Assembly: GCA_021323855.1 (NCBI GenBank)
Contig: JAJPKE010000032.1
Span: forward strand, 749 to 64,748
Reading direction: 5' to 3'
DNA length: 64,000 nucleotides
Source: Chloroflexota bacterium
GTDB taxonomy: Bacteria > Chloroflexota > Ktedonobacteria > Ktedonobacterales > JADMIN01
Shown: positions 48,778-58,956 of the stretch, in pieces
Position numbering within the stretch: position 1 is the first letter of the stretch
How the letters are laid out: every line of letters begins with the position of its first letter
Notes under the pieces: model-generated
The model's input: only the letters and a program-made list of their open reading frames with translations
Database searches by the model: none
What the model was told of the DNA's origin: nothing
Translations under genes and position numbers: made by a program

Positions 48778-49557
48778 ATGTCCAGCAGCTACGACAGCGA
48801 GAGTGTGCCTATTCTGGAGTTCGATCCAGCGCCAGAAGCGTTGCTCGAACCAAAGAAGCTCATCAAGCCGCTCGATATCCCAGAGCGGGCAGTGGTCTGC
48901 TTCTTCCAGGAGGTCATGGAACACCTGGTGCAGCAGGAGACGCTGCGCACCGTGCGGCACCTGCGTAGCGAGATGGGCACACATCCGGTCTATGAGATGG
49001 CGATGGATGGCAAACGGCTCGCCGTCTTTCATCCGGGTGTCGGCGCGCCGCTGGCTGCCGCCATGCTCGAAGAAGTGATTGCGCTCGGCTGCAACACGTT
49101 CATCGCCTGTGGCGGCGCGGGTGTGCTGGATAGCAGCATCGCCGTCGGGCATATCCTCGTGCCAGCCAGCGCCGTGCGCGACGAAGGCACATCCTACCAC
49201 TACCTGCCGCCGGACCGCGAGGTGGCCGCCAGCGCCGACGGTGTCGCCGCCATCGAGCGGACGCTGCGGGCGCATGAGGTGGACTATCTGGTGACGAAAA
49301 CCTGGACAACCGATGCTATCTACCGCGAGACGCCAGAGAAGATTCGCCGGCGCCGCGCGGAGGGATGCCTGGCGGTGGAGATGGAGTCCGCTGCGTTCTT
49401 CGCCGTTGCGCAGTTTCGCGGCGTGCGGTTCGCGCAGATGCTCTACGGCGGCGATGATGTTGGCGCGGATGAATGGAACTCACGCCACTGGAACAGCCAC
49501 ACCAGCGTTCGCGAAAAGCTCTTCTGGCTGGCCGCTGAAGCCTGCCTTGCGCTTTAG
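48778..49557 (+). CDS. Nucleoside phosphorylase (PNP/UDP family)
   Basis: GVGAP, CGGAG, AVRDEGTSYHY, TWTTDAIYRET, VEMESAA. Confidence 0.9.
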   Translation: MSSSYDSESVPILEFDPAPEALLEPKKLIKPLDIPERAVVCFFQEVMEHLVQQETLRTVRHLRSEMGTHPVYEMAMDGKRLAVFHPGVGAPLAAAMLEEVIALGCNTFIACGGAGVLDSSIAVGHILVPASAVRDEGTSYHYLPPDREVAASADGVAAIERTLRAHEVDYLVTKTWTTDAIYRETPEKIRRRRAEGCLAVEMESAAFFAVAQFRGVRFAQMLYGGDDVGADEWNSRHWNSHTSVREKLFWLAAEACLAL

Positions 49558-49606
49558 TGGCGCATGAGCCGGTTGCTAGACATAGATGGTGGAAACCCCA
49601 TGTGGT

Positions 49607-49644
49607 CCCCCTCTCCTTATGGGAGAGGGGTAAAGGGTGAGGTC
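49607..49644 (-). repeat. REP-like element, family B
   Basis: CCCCCTCTCC-TTATG-GGAGAGGGG-TAAA-GGGTGAGG, the inverted copy of the 15055 element. Confidence 0.65.
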
Positions 49645-51215
49645 TATCCGTTCATCAGTGGTTGTGCGCTGGCAGCCGGCGTACTATCGCCTTTGGCTTT
49701 CGCCGCTTTGGCGGCTTCCACCGCCGGATCGCGTCCAACGAAGAACGCCAGCACAACGCAGATGGCGCAGCCGATCAGCGAGAAGAGGAATGTGTCGTTC
49801 ATGCCCATCGTCACGGCGTGCTGCGTCACGCAGGCCGTGAGTGCCTGGGCATTATGCCCGGCCTGCGCGGCGCAGGTAGCCGCCACCCCGCTGAGCGGCT
49901 GCGTTTTCAGACCGGCGACGATATCACTGGCGTGAGTCGTCGTCTGCTGCGTCAGGTAGGTGGTGAGGACGGCGACCCCCAGCGCGCCGAAGGCTGTCTT
50001 GGTGGAGCTTATCAGTGAGGTGGCCTTTGCCATCTGCTTATTGCTCACGACGGCGACGGCCAGCGTTTGCAGCGGCTGCCCGACCAGTCCCAGCCCCAGC
50101 CCGCGCAGGATCAGCCAGATTTGCAGGCTTGCGCCGGTGGTGTTCACATCCAGTTGCGTGAAGCCGATCATCGAAATGGTGACGAGCGCTGCGCCCGCTA
50201 CCGTCAGGACGCGCGGCCCGACGTTGTTGTAGAGCTTGCCGCCGATGGCCAGCCCAACCGCCATCGCCAGGCCCTGCGCAATCACAATTTCGCCGGTGTT
50301 CAGCGCGGACAATCCCTCCACCTGCTCGAAGAAGAGCGGCAGCAGGAAGAGGCTGCCAAATAGCACAGCAGTGGTCGCCCAGAGCAGGATGTTGGAGATG
50401 GTGAAGGTGTAACTGCGGAACAGCCGCAGGTCCATCACCGGGTCTTTGACCCGTAGCTCGACGATGACAAACGCGATGAGCAACACCCCGCCGGCCACCA
50501 GGAAGGCGATGACCGTGTGATCGCCCCAGCCGCTTATCCCCGCCTTGCTGATACCATAGACAAAGGCGGTAAAACCTGTCATCGAGAGCAGCAATCCGGG
50601 CAGGTCGAGGCCCTGTTTGGCTGACATATCGTCGCCGTTCGCCTCGCGTTCGGCGTCCTTGCCGCGCAGGACGATGAGCGACAGTGTGAACGCCACGACG
50701 CCGATGGGCAGGTTGATTGTGAAAATGGCGTTCCAGCTAAAGCTGGTCGCCAGCCAGCCGCCAAGTGTCGGACCAAAGGCTGGCCCCAAGAGCAGCGGCA
50801 CCATCAGTAGCACCATCGCGCCTGCGCGTTCCTCCGGCGCAAAGAGGCGGAAAATGATTGCCATCCCCACAGGGACCAGCGCGCCGCCGCCGATGCCTTG
50901 CAGCACGCGGAACGCAATCAAGAGTTGCTCGTTTGGCGCGATGACGCAGAGGCCGGAGCCAATAGTAAACAGCGCCAGCGCCATGAGCAGCGTCATCTTG
51001 GAGCCAATGCGATCACTGAGATAGCCGATGATGGGAATAATCGCGGCGTTGGCCAGGAAATAGCCGGTGCCGACCCAGGTGATCGTCTGGAAATCCGTCT
51101 TGAAGGCGGTTGCCATTTCTGGCAGCACCACGCTGACAATCGTCGTATCGAGAACCGCCATCAACAGGCCAAGGACGATGACGAGCGCAGCCTGCCACCT
51201 GTAGCTGAGACGCAT
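49644..51215 (-). CDS. DHA2 (EmrB/QacA) MFS efflux permease
   Basis: MAVLDTTIVSV, FRVLQGIGGG, GPAFGPTLGG, W..IF.INLPIG; about 14 TM. Confidence 0.93.
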   Translation of the reverse strand: MRLSYRWQAALVIVLGLLMAVLDTTIVSVVLPEMATAFKTDFQTITWVGTGYFLANAAIIPIIGYLSDRIGSKMTLLMALALFTIGSGLCVIAPNEQLLIAFRVLQGIGGGALVPVGMAIIFRLFAPEERAGAMVLLMVPLLLGPAFGPTLGGWLATSFSWNAIFTINLPIGVVAFTLSLIVLRGKDAEREANGDDMSAKQGLDLPGLLLSMTGFTAFVYGISKAGISGWGDHTVIAFLVAGGVLLIAFVIVELRVKDPVMDLRLFRSYTFTISNILLWATTAVLFGSLFLLPLFFEQVEGLSALNTGEIVIAQGLAMAVGLAIGGKLYNNVGPRVLTVAGAALVTISMIGFTQLDVNTTGASLQIWLILRGLGLGLVGQPLQTLAVAVVSNKQMAKATSLISSTKTAFGALGVAVLTTYLTQQTTTHASDIVAGLKTQPLSGVAATCAAQAGHNAQALTACVTQHAVTMGMNDTFLFSLIGCAICVVLAFFVGRDPAVEAAKAAKAKGDSTPAASAQPLMNG

Positions 51216-51236
51216 GGGTTTGCTCTCTTTCTTTTT

Positions 51237-51977
51237 CTATTTGTTGGTCTCTCTAGTCTCTCTGGTCTCTTTGGTCTCTGGAAAGTCTTTGAGCATGCCG
51301 GCGACGATCAACGTAACGACGTACTCACGCGCACGGGCAAGAGCGGCGGCAGAGGACAGATCCTCATGCGGCAGAAGCATCTGATACAGCGGCACGAAGG
51401 AGAGATAGGACAGGCAAATCTGCAAGGCCATCGCTAACTGGATGATTGGCACGAAGTCTGAGCGCAAGAGACCCGCGCTATGCGCCTTGCGAAAGAGCTG
51501 CTCGAAGGGATCAACATTCTCGCTGGCAAGTTGTGAGACGATCTGCTTATAGACTGTCCAGCCTTCCGCCTGCTCCCAGAGCAACATGCGCATGAACAGC
51601 GGATGATCGAGGATGTAATCAAAGAGCGACGAGACAATCGTTTCCAGCGCCGCCTTGAAGGTGGCGGCGTTGGCGACGATGGCGTCATCCAGGAAGAGTG
51701 GCGTCAACACCCGCGCCTGTACCGCGCTCATGTCCTGGTCCGCGCGTTTGAGAACCTCCGTGTACAGCCCCAGCTTGTTGCCGAAGTACTGGAAGAGCAG
51801 GCTCTTGTTATAGCCCGCTCTCTCGGCAATGGCATCCACGCGCGCGCCGTCGAAGCCATGCTCCGCAAAAACCGCCTCAGCCGCGTTGAGAATCGCCTCG
51901 CGGGCGCCTTTCGCGTCATGTGGGCGCCCGCGCCGGCTCGCCTGTTCTTCGAGTTCCTCTGATTCCGTCTCTGTCAT
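51237..51977 (-). CDS. TetR/AcrR family regulator
   Basis: AILNAAEAVFAEHGFDGARVDAIAERAGYNKSLLFQYFGNK. Confidence 0.92.
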   Translation of the reverse strand: MTETESEELEEQASRRGRPHDAKGAREAILNAAEAVFAEHGFDGARVDAIAERAGYNKSLLFQYFGNKLGLYTEVLKRADQDMSAVQARVLTPLFLDDAIVANAATFKAALETIVSSLFDYILDHPLFMRMLLWEQAEGWTVYKQIVSQLASENVDPFEQLFRKAHSAGLLRSDFVPIIQLAMALQICLSYLSFVPLYQMLLPHEDLSSAAALARAREYVVTLIVAGMLKDFPETKETRETRETNK

Positions 51978-51998
51978 CGCCGCCATCACCTTCAACCT

Positions 51999-52062
51999 AA
52001 TCTAACCAGTTAGTTAGATAACCATCTGGTTAGATTGTAGTCAGCGGGGATGCCATTGTCAA
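51999..52062 (-). promoter_or_regulatory. Promoter and TetR-type operator palindromes of the tetR-MFS operon
   Basis: Minus-strand TTGACA-N17-TACAAT; AATCTAACCAG...CTGGTTAGATT inverted repeat over the predicted start site. Confidence 0.7.
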
Positions 52063-52131
52063 GAGGAAAACGCGCAAACACTCAGAACTGGCGGCAATAA
52101 GGGAATGAGGGAAATGTCAGACTGGTAAGTG

Positions 52132-52779
52132 TTAGATCGTATCTGGTGTTGTCGAATCAATCGAGCCAGCCACCCCCAGGGCGGCGCAGACGAAACGATG
52201 GACCAGCGCCGCCGCTTCTTCCGCTGTACGTGTCGCAGTGGCGAGCATATCGAAGCTCTCGAAGCTGGTCAGTGTATAGAGGATATCCACCGTCTCATCG
52301 TACTGCTCCTGCGCCGGTCGCCCGTACTCCGCCATTAACCGCCGCGTGATGACACGCAATCCCTCGCGCCGCCGTTCATCGCGCGCCTGCAACACCTGGG
52401 CGAAATCTGTATCGCGCGCCGCGAAACTGCGCAACCGGCGCAGCACCAGCCGGTCGGAGGCCCAGAAGCGAAAGAATTGTACGATGAATTCGGCCAGCGC
52501 ATCGAGGACGTTGGCCTGCCGGAAGGCATTGGCCAGCCGCTCCATCTGGCCGTGCGCCGCCAGATCGTCGGAGATGGCTTCGAGTAGCCCAACTTTGGAG
52601 CCGAACTGATAGTACACCGTCATGCGGGCGACGCCGGCTTGTTTAGCTACGGCGTCTATCGTGAATCCTGAGAAGCCATCGCCCGACATGAGCAGCTCGC
52701 GCGCTGCCGCGATGATGCTGGCGCGCGTCTGGTCAGTGGCTGCCTGCCGCCTGCCAAGTTGATAGGGACGCGGACTCAT
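52132..52779 (-). CDS. TetR/AcrR family regulator, divergent from the SDR operon
   Basis: FTIDAVAKQAGVARMTVYYQFGSK HTH; start MSPRPY. Confidence 0.9.
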   Translation of the reverse strand: MSPRPYQLGRRQAATDQTRASIIAAARELLMSGDGFSGFTIDAVAKQAGVARMTVYYQFGSKVGLLEAISDDLAAHGQMERLANAFRQANVLDALAEFIVQFFRFWASDRLVLRRLRSFAARDTDFAQVLQARDERRREGLRVITRRLMAEYGRPAQEQYDETVDILYTLTSFESFDMLATATRTAEEAAALVHRFVCAALGVAGSIDSTTPDTI

Positions 52780-52863
52780 CTCTTTTCTGATCTTCTTTCC
52801 AGTGATTTCCTCACTCCGTACACAGTATGACAAAAGGTTCAGTTTTGTCTCCCCATCATACTC

Positions 52864-52893
52864 TTGACAATTTAATCTTACAGTATGTACAAT
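52864..52893 (+). promoter_or_regulatory. Sigma70 promoter of the SDR operon
   Basis: TTGACA-N18(TG)-TACAAT; ACAGTATG occurs here and again near 52822 (possible operator half-sites). Confidence 0.55.
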
Positions 52894-52957
52894 TATTTCG
52901 TCAACGCATCGAGAGATGGAAATAGCAAAAGAGAGCAGAACAAACGAGGAGTAACCC

Positions 52958-53761
52958 ATGACCAGCACATCACCTTTTCCTGTCCAGCCCACACAATCCG
53001 TTCCCAGCGATCTGCTGGCGGGCAAAGTAGCGATCATCACCGGTGCGAGCCGGGGCATTGGTGCCGCCTCCGCCCGTGTCTTTGCCGCTGCCGGCGCGAC
53101 CGTTGTCCTTGCCGCGCGTAGCGAGGATGCGCTGGCGTCTGTCGCGCATGCCATTCAGTCCGCAGGCGGACAGGCGCGTGCCATACCCACCGATACCAGC
53201 GATCCCGTCGCCGTCGAGCAGCTCGTTCAGCAGACGCTCGATGCTTATGGACGCCTGGACGCCGCCTTCAACAACGCTGGCGAAGGGCACATGCCAACGC
53301 CGCTCGCCGATATTGCGCTTGAAGACTTCGACCGCACGGTGCGCGTCAACCTGCGCGGTGTCTTCCTCGCGATGAAGTATGAGATACCCGCTATGCTGGC
53401 CGGTGGTGGCGGCGCCATTGTCAATATGTCCTCCACCGCTGGACTGAACGGCGTGCCGGGCATCGCCTCCTACGTTGCCAGCAAGCATGGCATCATCGGG
53501 CTGACGAAAGCGGCGGCGCTGGATTACGCGTCGCGCAATATCCGCGTCAACGCCATTGCTCCAGGTCCCATCCTCACCGAACGGCTGGCGAGTTTGCCAG
53601 AGCAGGCGCGCGAACAGGTCTCCGCGCACGTCCCCATGCGGCGCATTGGACTCCCAGAAGAAATCAGTGCGGCGGCTGCCTGGCTTTGTTCAGACCAGGC
53701 ATCGTTTCTCACTGGCACAACCATTACCGTTGACGGCGGCAGGTTGGCTGGCGGCGCGTAA
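52958..53761 (+). CDS. SDR family oxidoreductase
   Basis: TGASRGIG, FNNAG, YVASK, IRVNAIAPG. Confidence 0.93.
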   Translation: MTSTSPFPVQPTQSVPSDLLAGKVAIITGASRGIGAASARVFAAAGATVVLAARSEDALASVAHAIQSAGGQARAIPTDTSDPVAVEQLVQQTLDAYGRLDAAFNNAGEGHMPTPLADIALEDFDRTVRVNLRGVFLAMKYEIPAMLAGGGGAIVNMSSTAGLNGVPGIASYVASKHGIIGLTKAAALDYASRNIRVNAIAPGPILTERLASLPEQAREQVSAHVPMRRIGLPEEISAAAAWLCSDQASFLTGTTITVDGGRLAGGA

Positions 53762-53816
53762 TGCTGCCTGACCTGGAGTGACCTGATGTAGCTCTTGAAT
53801 GAAAGGAGAAAACATC

Positions 53817-54395
53817 ATGAGTGCCTATGACATCGCGCTGTTCTTTCATATCAGCGGCGCCATCGCCTATTTCCTGGCTGCGAGCATCTGGCTGTTGGGC
53901 CTCTCGCTTCAGCGGCGGGCGCAGCGGGTGGAGCAGGTACGCGCCATTGGCAGCATGGTTGACGTTGCGGGTCCTGTCTCTGGGGTTGGCTTGCTGATTC
54001 TCATTGTCAGTGGTCTGTATATGGCGGCCACTGCCTGGGGCTTCGGCACCGGCTGGATTGATGTGGCGATCATCAGCCTGGTGCTGATAGCGCCGCTTGG
54101 CGCGGCGCTGACCGTGCCGCGCCGGCTCAAGATTGACCGGCTGGCGCGCGCGACACCGGACGGTCCGGTTCCAGAGAACCTCGCGCGGCTAATCCACGAC
54201 CCGATCCTGCAAACATCGGTGCAAACGCTGCTGGTTCTCCTGCTGGGCATCGTCTTCCTGATGACGACGAAACCTTCGCTTATCGGTTCGATCATTGTGA
54301 TGCTCATCGCCCTGGCGCTGGGCATCGTGTCGAGTCTCTTGATCGTTGTGCGTCCGCGCCGGCAGCATGTGGTAGCGCCTATGGACCATGCGTAG
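53817..54395 (+). CDS. DUF2269-like membrane protein
   Basis: ALFFHISGA, SGLYM..W.F..GWI, C-terminal IVFLMTTKP; AAAGGAG RBS. Confidence 0.75.
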   Translation: MSAYDIALFFHISGAIAYFLAASIWLLGLSLQRRAQRVEQVRAIGSMVDVAGPVSGVGLLILIVSGLYMAATAWGFGTGWIDVAIISLVLIAPLGAALTVPRRLKIDRLARATPDGPVPENLARLIHDPILQTSVQTLLVLLLGIVFLMTTKPSLIGSIIVMLIALALGIVSSLLIVVRPRRQHVVAPMDHA

Positions 54396-54434
54396 ACGGC
54401 TGGTATCTGGTATTCAGACAAAGGAGATTGAATC

Positions 54435-54845
54435 ATGAACGAGATGTCATCTGCACAGGCAGAACAAGACCTGAAGAAGCTGGCGGAAGAGTGGGCTGCT
54501 GCAGAACTCCACGGAGACACGACATTTCTGCAACGCACGTTGGCTGATGATTTCGTTGGCGTGGGGCCGTTGGGCTTCCTGCTGACCAAGCAAGAATGGC
54601 TCGCGCGACATCAGACCAGTGACATGCAGTATACCGCTCACACGCTGGATGAAGCAACGGTGCGTGTGTACCACGACGCCGCCATTATGATTGGTCGTCT
54701 GACTCAGGAAGCGACCTTTCGGGGCAATCCCGTGAACACGCAGATGCGCACGACGCTGGTGTTTGTCCGTCAACAGGGACAATGGCAACTGGCAGGGCTT
54801 CACTTCTCTACCATCGGCCAGCCTCCGGCTTTCGCTCAATCCTAA
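54435..54845 (+). CDS. NTF2-like (DUF4440) protein
   Basis: W..AELHGD..FL...LADDFVGVGP.G..LTK, VRVY.DAAI, T.VFVRQ.G.W.L...H.S. Confidence 0.85.
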   Translation: MNEMSSAQAEQDLKKLAEEWAAAELHGDTTFLQRTLADDFVGVGPLGFLLTKQEWLARHQTSDMQYTAHTLDEATVRVYHDAAIMIGRLTQEATFRGNPVNTQMRTTLVFVRQQGQWQLAGLHFSTIGQPPAFAQS

Positions 54846-54966
54846 ATCGCGTTTGCTGGTCTCATGAAAATGGGTCGGAAAGACGGTGGGACGTTGCAGG
54901 AATGAGTCTGCAACAGCGCGAGCGTCCTCCTGGTGTGCCGGGGACCGGGAGGATGCTCGCGCCAAT

Positions 54967-56256
54967 TCACTCCGAGGATGGTTGACGAATTGCGCGCAGT
55001 GGGATGAGCCAGATAATCGAAAGGAGCAGTCCCGCGCTGACCAGCGCCAGAATGAGGTGTATATCCAGCCACTCACCGAGCCAGCCGCCAAGCACAAACC
55101 CGAGCGATGGGATGCCCCAACTAATCATCCGGCTGCTCGCCGCTACTCGCCCCTGAAGCGCATTGGGAATGATCGCCTGCCGCAGACTGCCGCCCGTGAT
55201 GCCATAGACCATCACACCCATATCCCATAGCAGCAACACAACGCCGTATTCCAGCGCCAGCAGCGCCAGCGGTCCGCGCAGGAAGGAGAGCAGCAATGGA
55301 CTGATCGCCGCCGCGAGCTGGCAACCGATGAGCATCTGCCCAATACTGAAGCGGCGAGCCAGGCGCGGGGCGACCATCGCGCCCAGCACACCACCGATGC
55401 CACTGGCAGTGGCCAGCGCGCCGAATAGCGCCGGTGAAAAGCGCAGATCACGCAGCGCGTAGACGGCATAGAGCGCGATATACATGTTGACGAAGATATT
55501 GGCGGTGGCGCTGCAGCCAACCAACGCGCGCACGATGGGATTTTTCCAGAGATAGCGCAATCCCTCGCCGATTTCGCGCAGCAGATGGCGGTCGGTCTGC
55601 TGCGCGGGTCGCGGCTCCTTCAGGCGAATCCAGCGCAGCGAGAGGACCGATACCAGAAATGAGGCGGCGTCCAGTAGAATCGCCAGCGGCGCCGCGATGA
55701 TCTGCACGAGTCCGCCAGCCAGTCCCGGCCCAACCACCTGCGCGGCGGAGAGCGTCGTCTGGAGCTTGCTGTTGCCTTCCACCAGATCATCGCGCCCGAT
55801 CAGTGTTGGCAGATACGAGGTATACGCGACCTCGAAGAAGACTGTGAGAATGCCGACGCCGAAGGTGACAGCGTAGAGCAGTTCGATGTGCAGCAGGCCG
55901 AAGAGCGCCAACAGCGGAATCAGGCTGAGGAACAACGCGCGCCCGGCATCACTGACGATGAGGACAAGGCGGCGCGGCAACCGGTCCACCAGCGCACCGG
56001 CAAACAAACCGACGAGCGCAAACGGTAGATATTGCGCCAGGCTCAGCAAGCCCATCTGGCTGGGCCGCGCCTGCAACAGCACTACGGCAATCAGCGGAAT
56101 GGCGACATCGCTGATGCTGGATCCAAAGACGGAAACCGTCTGGCCGAACCAAAGTTTCAGGAAATCGTGGTGTCCCCAGAGGGAGGGGCGTCGCTGCTGT
56201 TGCGGCTGTGGCTGTGGCTCAGAATTGGCGGTGGAAGACGGTGAGACGACCTGCAT
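54967..56256 (-). CDS. MFS transporter (DHA3/macrolide-efflux-like)
   Basis: DFLKLWFGQTVSVFGS, GALVDRLPRR, L.EGNSKL, RQAIIP..LQGRV. Confidence 0.9.
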   Translation of the reverse strand: MQVVSPSSTANSEPQPQPQQQRRPSLWGHHDFLKLWFGQTVSVFGSSISDVAIPLIAVVLLQARPSQMGLLSLAQYLPFALVGLFAGALVDRLPRRLVLIVSDAGRALFLSLIPLLALFGLLHIELLYAVTFGVGILTVFFEVAYTSYLPTLIGRDDLVEGNSKLQTTLSAAQVVGPGLAGGLVQIIAAPLAILLDAASFLVSVLSLRWIRLKEPRPAQQTDRHLLREIGEGLRYLWKNPIVRALVGCSATANIFVNMYIALYAVYALRDLRFSPALFGALATASGIGGVLGAMVAPRLARRFSIGQMLIGCQLAAAISPLLLSFLRGPLALLALEYGVVLLLWDMGVMVYGITGGSLRQAIIPNALQGRVAASSRMISWGIPSLGFVLGGWLGEWLDIHLILALVSAGLLLSIIWLIPLRAIRQPSSE

Positions 56257-56382
56257 CGTCGCTACTCCTCTCGAATTGACCTCGATTGATCTTTGGTGGA
56301 TCTTGCATCAGGCTCAGGCTTGTTCAAGCGTGCCCGGCCCAACATGCCTGGACGCGCCATGTTTCACCTGCTATAATCATCA

Positions 56383-56445
56383 TTGATGGTAAAAATCATA
56401 GCTCTCCAAAACTTTACCTGTCAATAGGAGATTTGATGGTAAAGT
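56383..56445. promoter_or_regulatory. Candidate operator between the MFS gene and the CGNR regulator
   Basis: TTGATGGTAAA occurs twice; ACTTTACCTGTCAA-N8-TTGATGGTAAAGT inverted repeat. Confidence 0.55.
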
Positions 56446-56469
56446 ATTGCGGGGAGAGAAGACCGGAGC

Positions 56470-57162
56470 GTGACGGTGGATGAACGTGAAGAACTCCTGG
56501 GGGAGAGCGAACATATCGGCGGCGCGCTCTGCCTCGATTTCACCAATACGGTTGATTGGCATGCCAGCGACCATCCAGGGGAGCGTCTCAAGAGCTATGA
56601 AGACCTTGCCTGGTGGGCATTCTATAGCCACGCGCTTGCGGCGGATGAACGCGACCGCCTGATATCGTTGGCAGCGCAGCAGCCGGAACGCGCCGGGCGT
56701 ATCCTCGAAGAGGCGCATGTCTTTCGTGAATCGCTCTACCGGCTGTTTCTGGCGCGTATCGCGGATGCCGCGCCGTCAGCCGCCGACCTCGATCTGCTCA
56801 CCCGCGAGCTACGGCGTGCGGTGAAGCATGGCGCCATCATCTTTGAGGGCGATCAATTCACCTGGGCGTGGCATATGGGAGATGGCAAAGACCGCGCTGG
56901 CACTCTTGACGACCTGGCTGCGCCGCTCTGGCCGGTGGTGCGCTCAACGGTGGAGCTTATTTTTTCCGCAAACGTGCGGCGTCTGCGCCAGTGTGCGGGC
57001 GATGAATGTGGCTGGCTGTTTTTAGATATGAGCAAGAATCAGACGCGGCGCTGGTGTTCGATGGCCTCCTGTGGCAGCCGGGCGAAGGCGCTCGACTACT
57101 ACTACCGTTCGCAGGCCAGGAAGAAGAACCGGACAACGGAACCGACACAAACCACGCGCTAA
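56470..57162 (+). CDS. ABATE/CGNR zinc-finger protein
   Basis: GGALCLDFTNT; RLRQCAGDECGWLFLDMSKNQTRRWCSMASCGSRAK. Confidence 0.92.
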   Translation: MTVDEREELLGESEHIGGALCLDFTNTVDWHASDHPGERLKSYEDLAWWAFYSHALAADERDRLISLAAQQPERAGRILEEAHVFRESLYRLFLARIADAAPSAADLDLLTRELRRAVKHGAIIFEGDQFTWAWHMGDGKDRAGTLDDLAAPLWPVVRSTVELIFSANVRRLRQCAGDECGWLFLDMSKNQTRRWCSMASCGSRAKALDYYYRSQARKKNRTTEPTQTTR

Positions 57163-57201
57163 CCGCCAGGCTAGTGCAGCATAGATGGGATACTCCTCAA
57201 G

Positions 57202-57984
57202 ATGAGCGATATCAACTCGCCCGTTTCGCTGCCCAAACGCAGCTATTTCGCAGATTTCCGGCACGGCTTCGTGGCGACAATGGTGCTCTGGCCGGGCGAC
57301 CTGCCGTATGGCATCGCCTTTGCCATTCTTGCGCGCGCCGGTGGATTCACGCCACTGGAAACGCAGGCGCTCTCGCTGCTGGTCTATGCAGGCGCGTCAC
57401 AGGTGGCGATAATTACGCTGGCCGCCACTGGCGCTGCTGCGCTACCCATCGTGCTGACGGTGTTGGTGCTGAACCTGCGCCATGTGTTGTATGGCCTCTC
57501 CATCAGTCGCTGGTTTCGAGGACGCACCCGTCCGCCGCGCGGCATCCTGGCCTATATCCTGACCGACGAAACCTATGGGCTGACGACCAAAGCCTATCTC
57601 GATGGGCAGGGAAGCGATGCGTTTTACTTTGGCTCAGGGATTAGCCTGTTCAGCAGCTTTAATCTGGCGACGCTGGCTGGCATCTTGCTAGGAACTCTGC
57701 TGCCGGACCCCAACCGCATTGGCCTGAGCTTCATTTTCCCGTTGACGTTTCTCGCGCTGCTGCTGCCGCTCCTGCGCAACTGGCGGCACATCTTGGTCGC
57801 CGTCATTGCCGGGGTCAGCGCCATCATCCTGAGTCACTTCGTTGCTGGCGGCGTGACGGTGCTGGTGGCAGGCGTCGCGGCAGCGGCCATCGGCGCATTC
57901 CTGGATCGTGGCAAAAGCGATGGCGCGACCGATGAAGCTGGTGCGGTGGACCTGGTAGAACGCGAGCCGGAGGTGAGTCTATGA
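57202..57984 (+). CDS. azlC: AzlC family branched-chain amino acid exporter
   Basis: YAGASQ, NLRHVLYG, LTDETY. Confidence 0.9.
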   Translation: MSDINSPVSLPKRSYFADFRHGFVATMVLWPGDLPYGIAFAILARAGGFTPLETQALSLLVYAGASQVAIITLAATGAAALPIVLTVLVLNLRHVLYGLSISRWFRGRTRPPRGILAYILTDETYGLTTKAYLDGQGSDAFYFGSGISLFSSFNLATLAGILLGTLLPDPNRIGLSFIFPLTFLALLLPLLRNWRHILVAVIAGVSAIILSHFVAGGVTVLVAGVAAAAIGAFLDRGKSDGATDEAGAVDLVEREPEVSL

Positions 57985-58301
57985 GCCAGATTGGAACCGG
58001 CGGTTATATGGGGTTGATACTGGCGGCGGCGGTCGTCACCTACGGCACGCGCATCTCCGGCTTTCTGTTGGGTCAACGCAAGTTGCCCGCCTGGCTGAAT
58101 CGCTTCCTGACGTATGTGCCGGTGGCGGTCTTCGCTGCGCTGATTACGCCTGACCTGAACGTTGGTGGCCATGACATGTGGCCGCGTATCATCGGTGCAG
58201 CGGTGGCGACGGTGGTAGTGCTGCGCTTCCGGCAACTCTGGGCTGGCCTCATCGCTGGCATGGTGGGCTTCTGGCTGGCTGGCGCGCTGCTGGGCATGTG
58301 A
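57981..58301 (+). CDS. azlD: AzlD family protein
   Basis: VTYGTR, RFLTYVPVAVFAALI; ATGA overlap with azlC. Confidence 0.88.
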   Translation: MSQIGTGGYMGLILAAAVVTYGTRISGFLLGQRKLPAWLNRFLTYVPVAVFAALITPDLNVGGHDMWPRIIGAAVATVVVLRFRQLWAGLIAGMVGFWLAGALLGM

Positions 58302-58338
58302 AGCGAGAAAGCTGCACGTTGATTTAATTTCGCACGCC

Positions 58339-58368
58339 GGTAGAGCAGACAGGAATGTCTGCCCTACC
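58339..58368. repeat. REP-like palindrome, family A
   Basis: GGTAGAGCAGACAGGAATGTCTGCCCTACC between convergent genes. Confidence 0.7.
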
Positions 58369-58405
58369 GAATATATACATTGACTCTGACCACACTGATT
58401 CAGAT

Positions 58406-58831
58406 TTATGCGCTCTCTGGTGCAGAAAGGTCCTGCGTGCAATAGGCGCAGCGGGTGGCTTTGAGCGGGATGGTGCTCAGGCAGTAGGGGCAATCTTTGG
58501 TCGTTGGGTCTGGTGGCGCCTCGCCGCGCTGGCGCCGTGCCTGGAGGGCATTGAGCGGCTTGACGACAAAGAAGAACAGAACGGCGGCGATAATCAGGAA
58601 GCCGACGATGGCGTTGATGAAATCGCCAACAAAGAACTTGCTGTTGTGGATGGTGAAGTAAACCTGCGAGAAGTCTGGCTGCCCACCGATGGCGGCGATC
58701 AACGGCGTGATGATGTCTTTCACGAACGCCGCCACCACAGCGCCGAATGCCGCGCCAATCACGACGGCAATCGCCAGGTCTACGACATTGCCGCGCATAA
58801 TGAAGGTTTTGAACTCGTTGACGATCTTCAT
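58406..58831 (-). CDS. mscL: Large-conductance mechanosensitive channel with a C-terminal zinc ribbon
   Basis: EFKTFIMRGNVVDLAIAVVIGAAF; C-terminal CPYC..IP..ATRCAYCT. Confidence 0.93.
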   Translation of the reverse strand: MKIVNEFKTFIMRGNVVDLAIAVVIGAAFGAVVAAFVKDIITPLIAAIGGQPDFSQVYFTIHNSKFFVGDFINAIVGFLIIAAVLFFFVVKPLNALQARRQRGEAPPDPTTKDCPYCLSTIPLKATRCAYCTQDLSAPESA

Positions 58832-58956
58832 TGCTTTCCCCTTCCAGCGCCAAACAGCGCCCATCCAACATGCACAACACAGCCACATGTTACCACCCAT
58901 ATGCCGTGATATATGGGTAGATGAAATAGTATCATGCCTGTCAATATCTCAACAGA

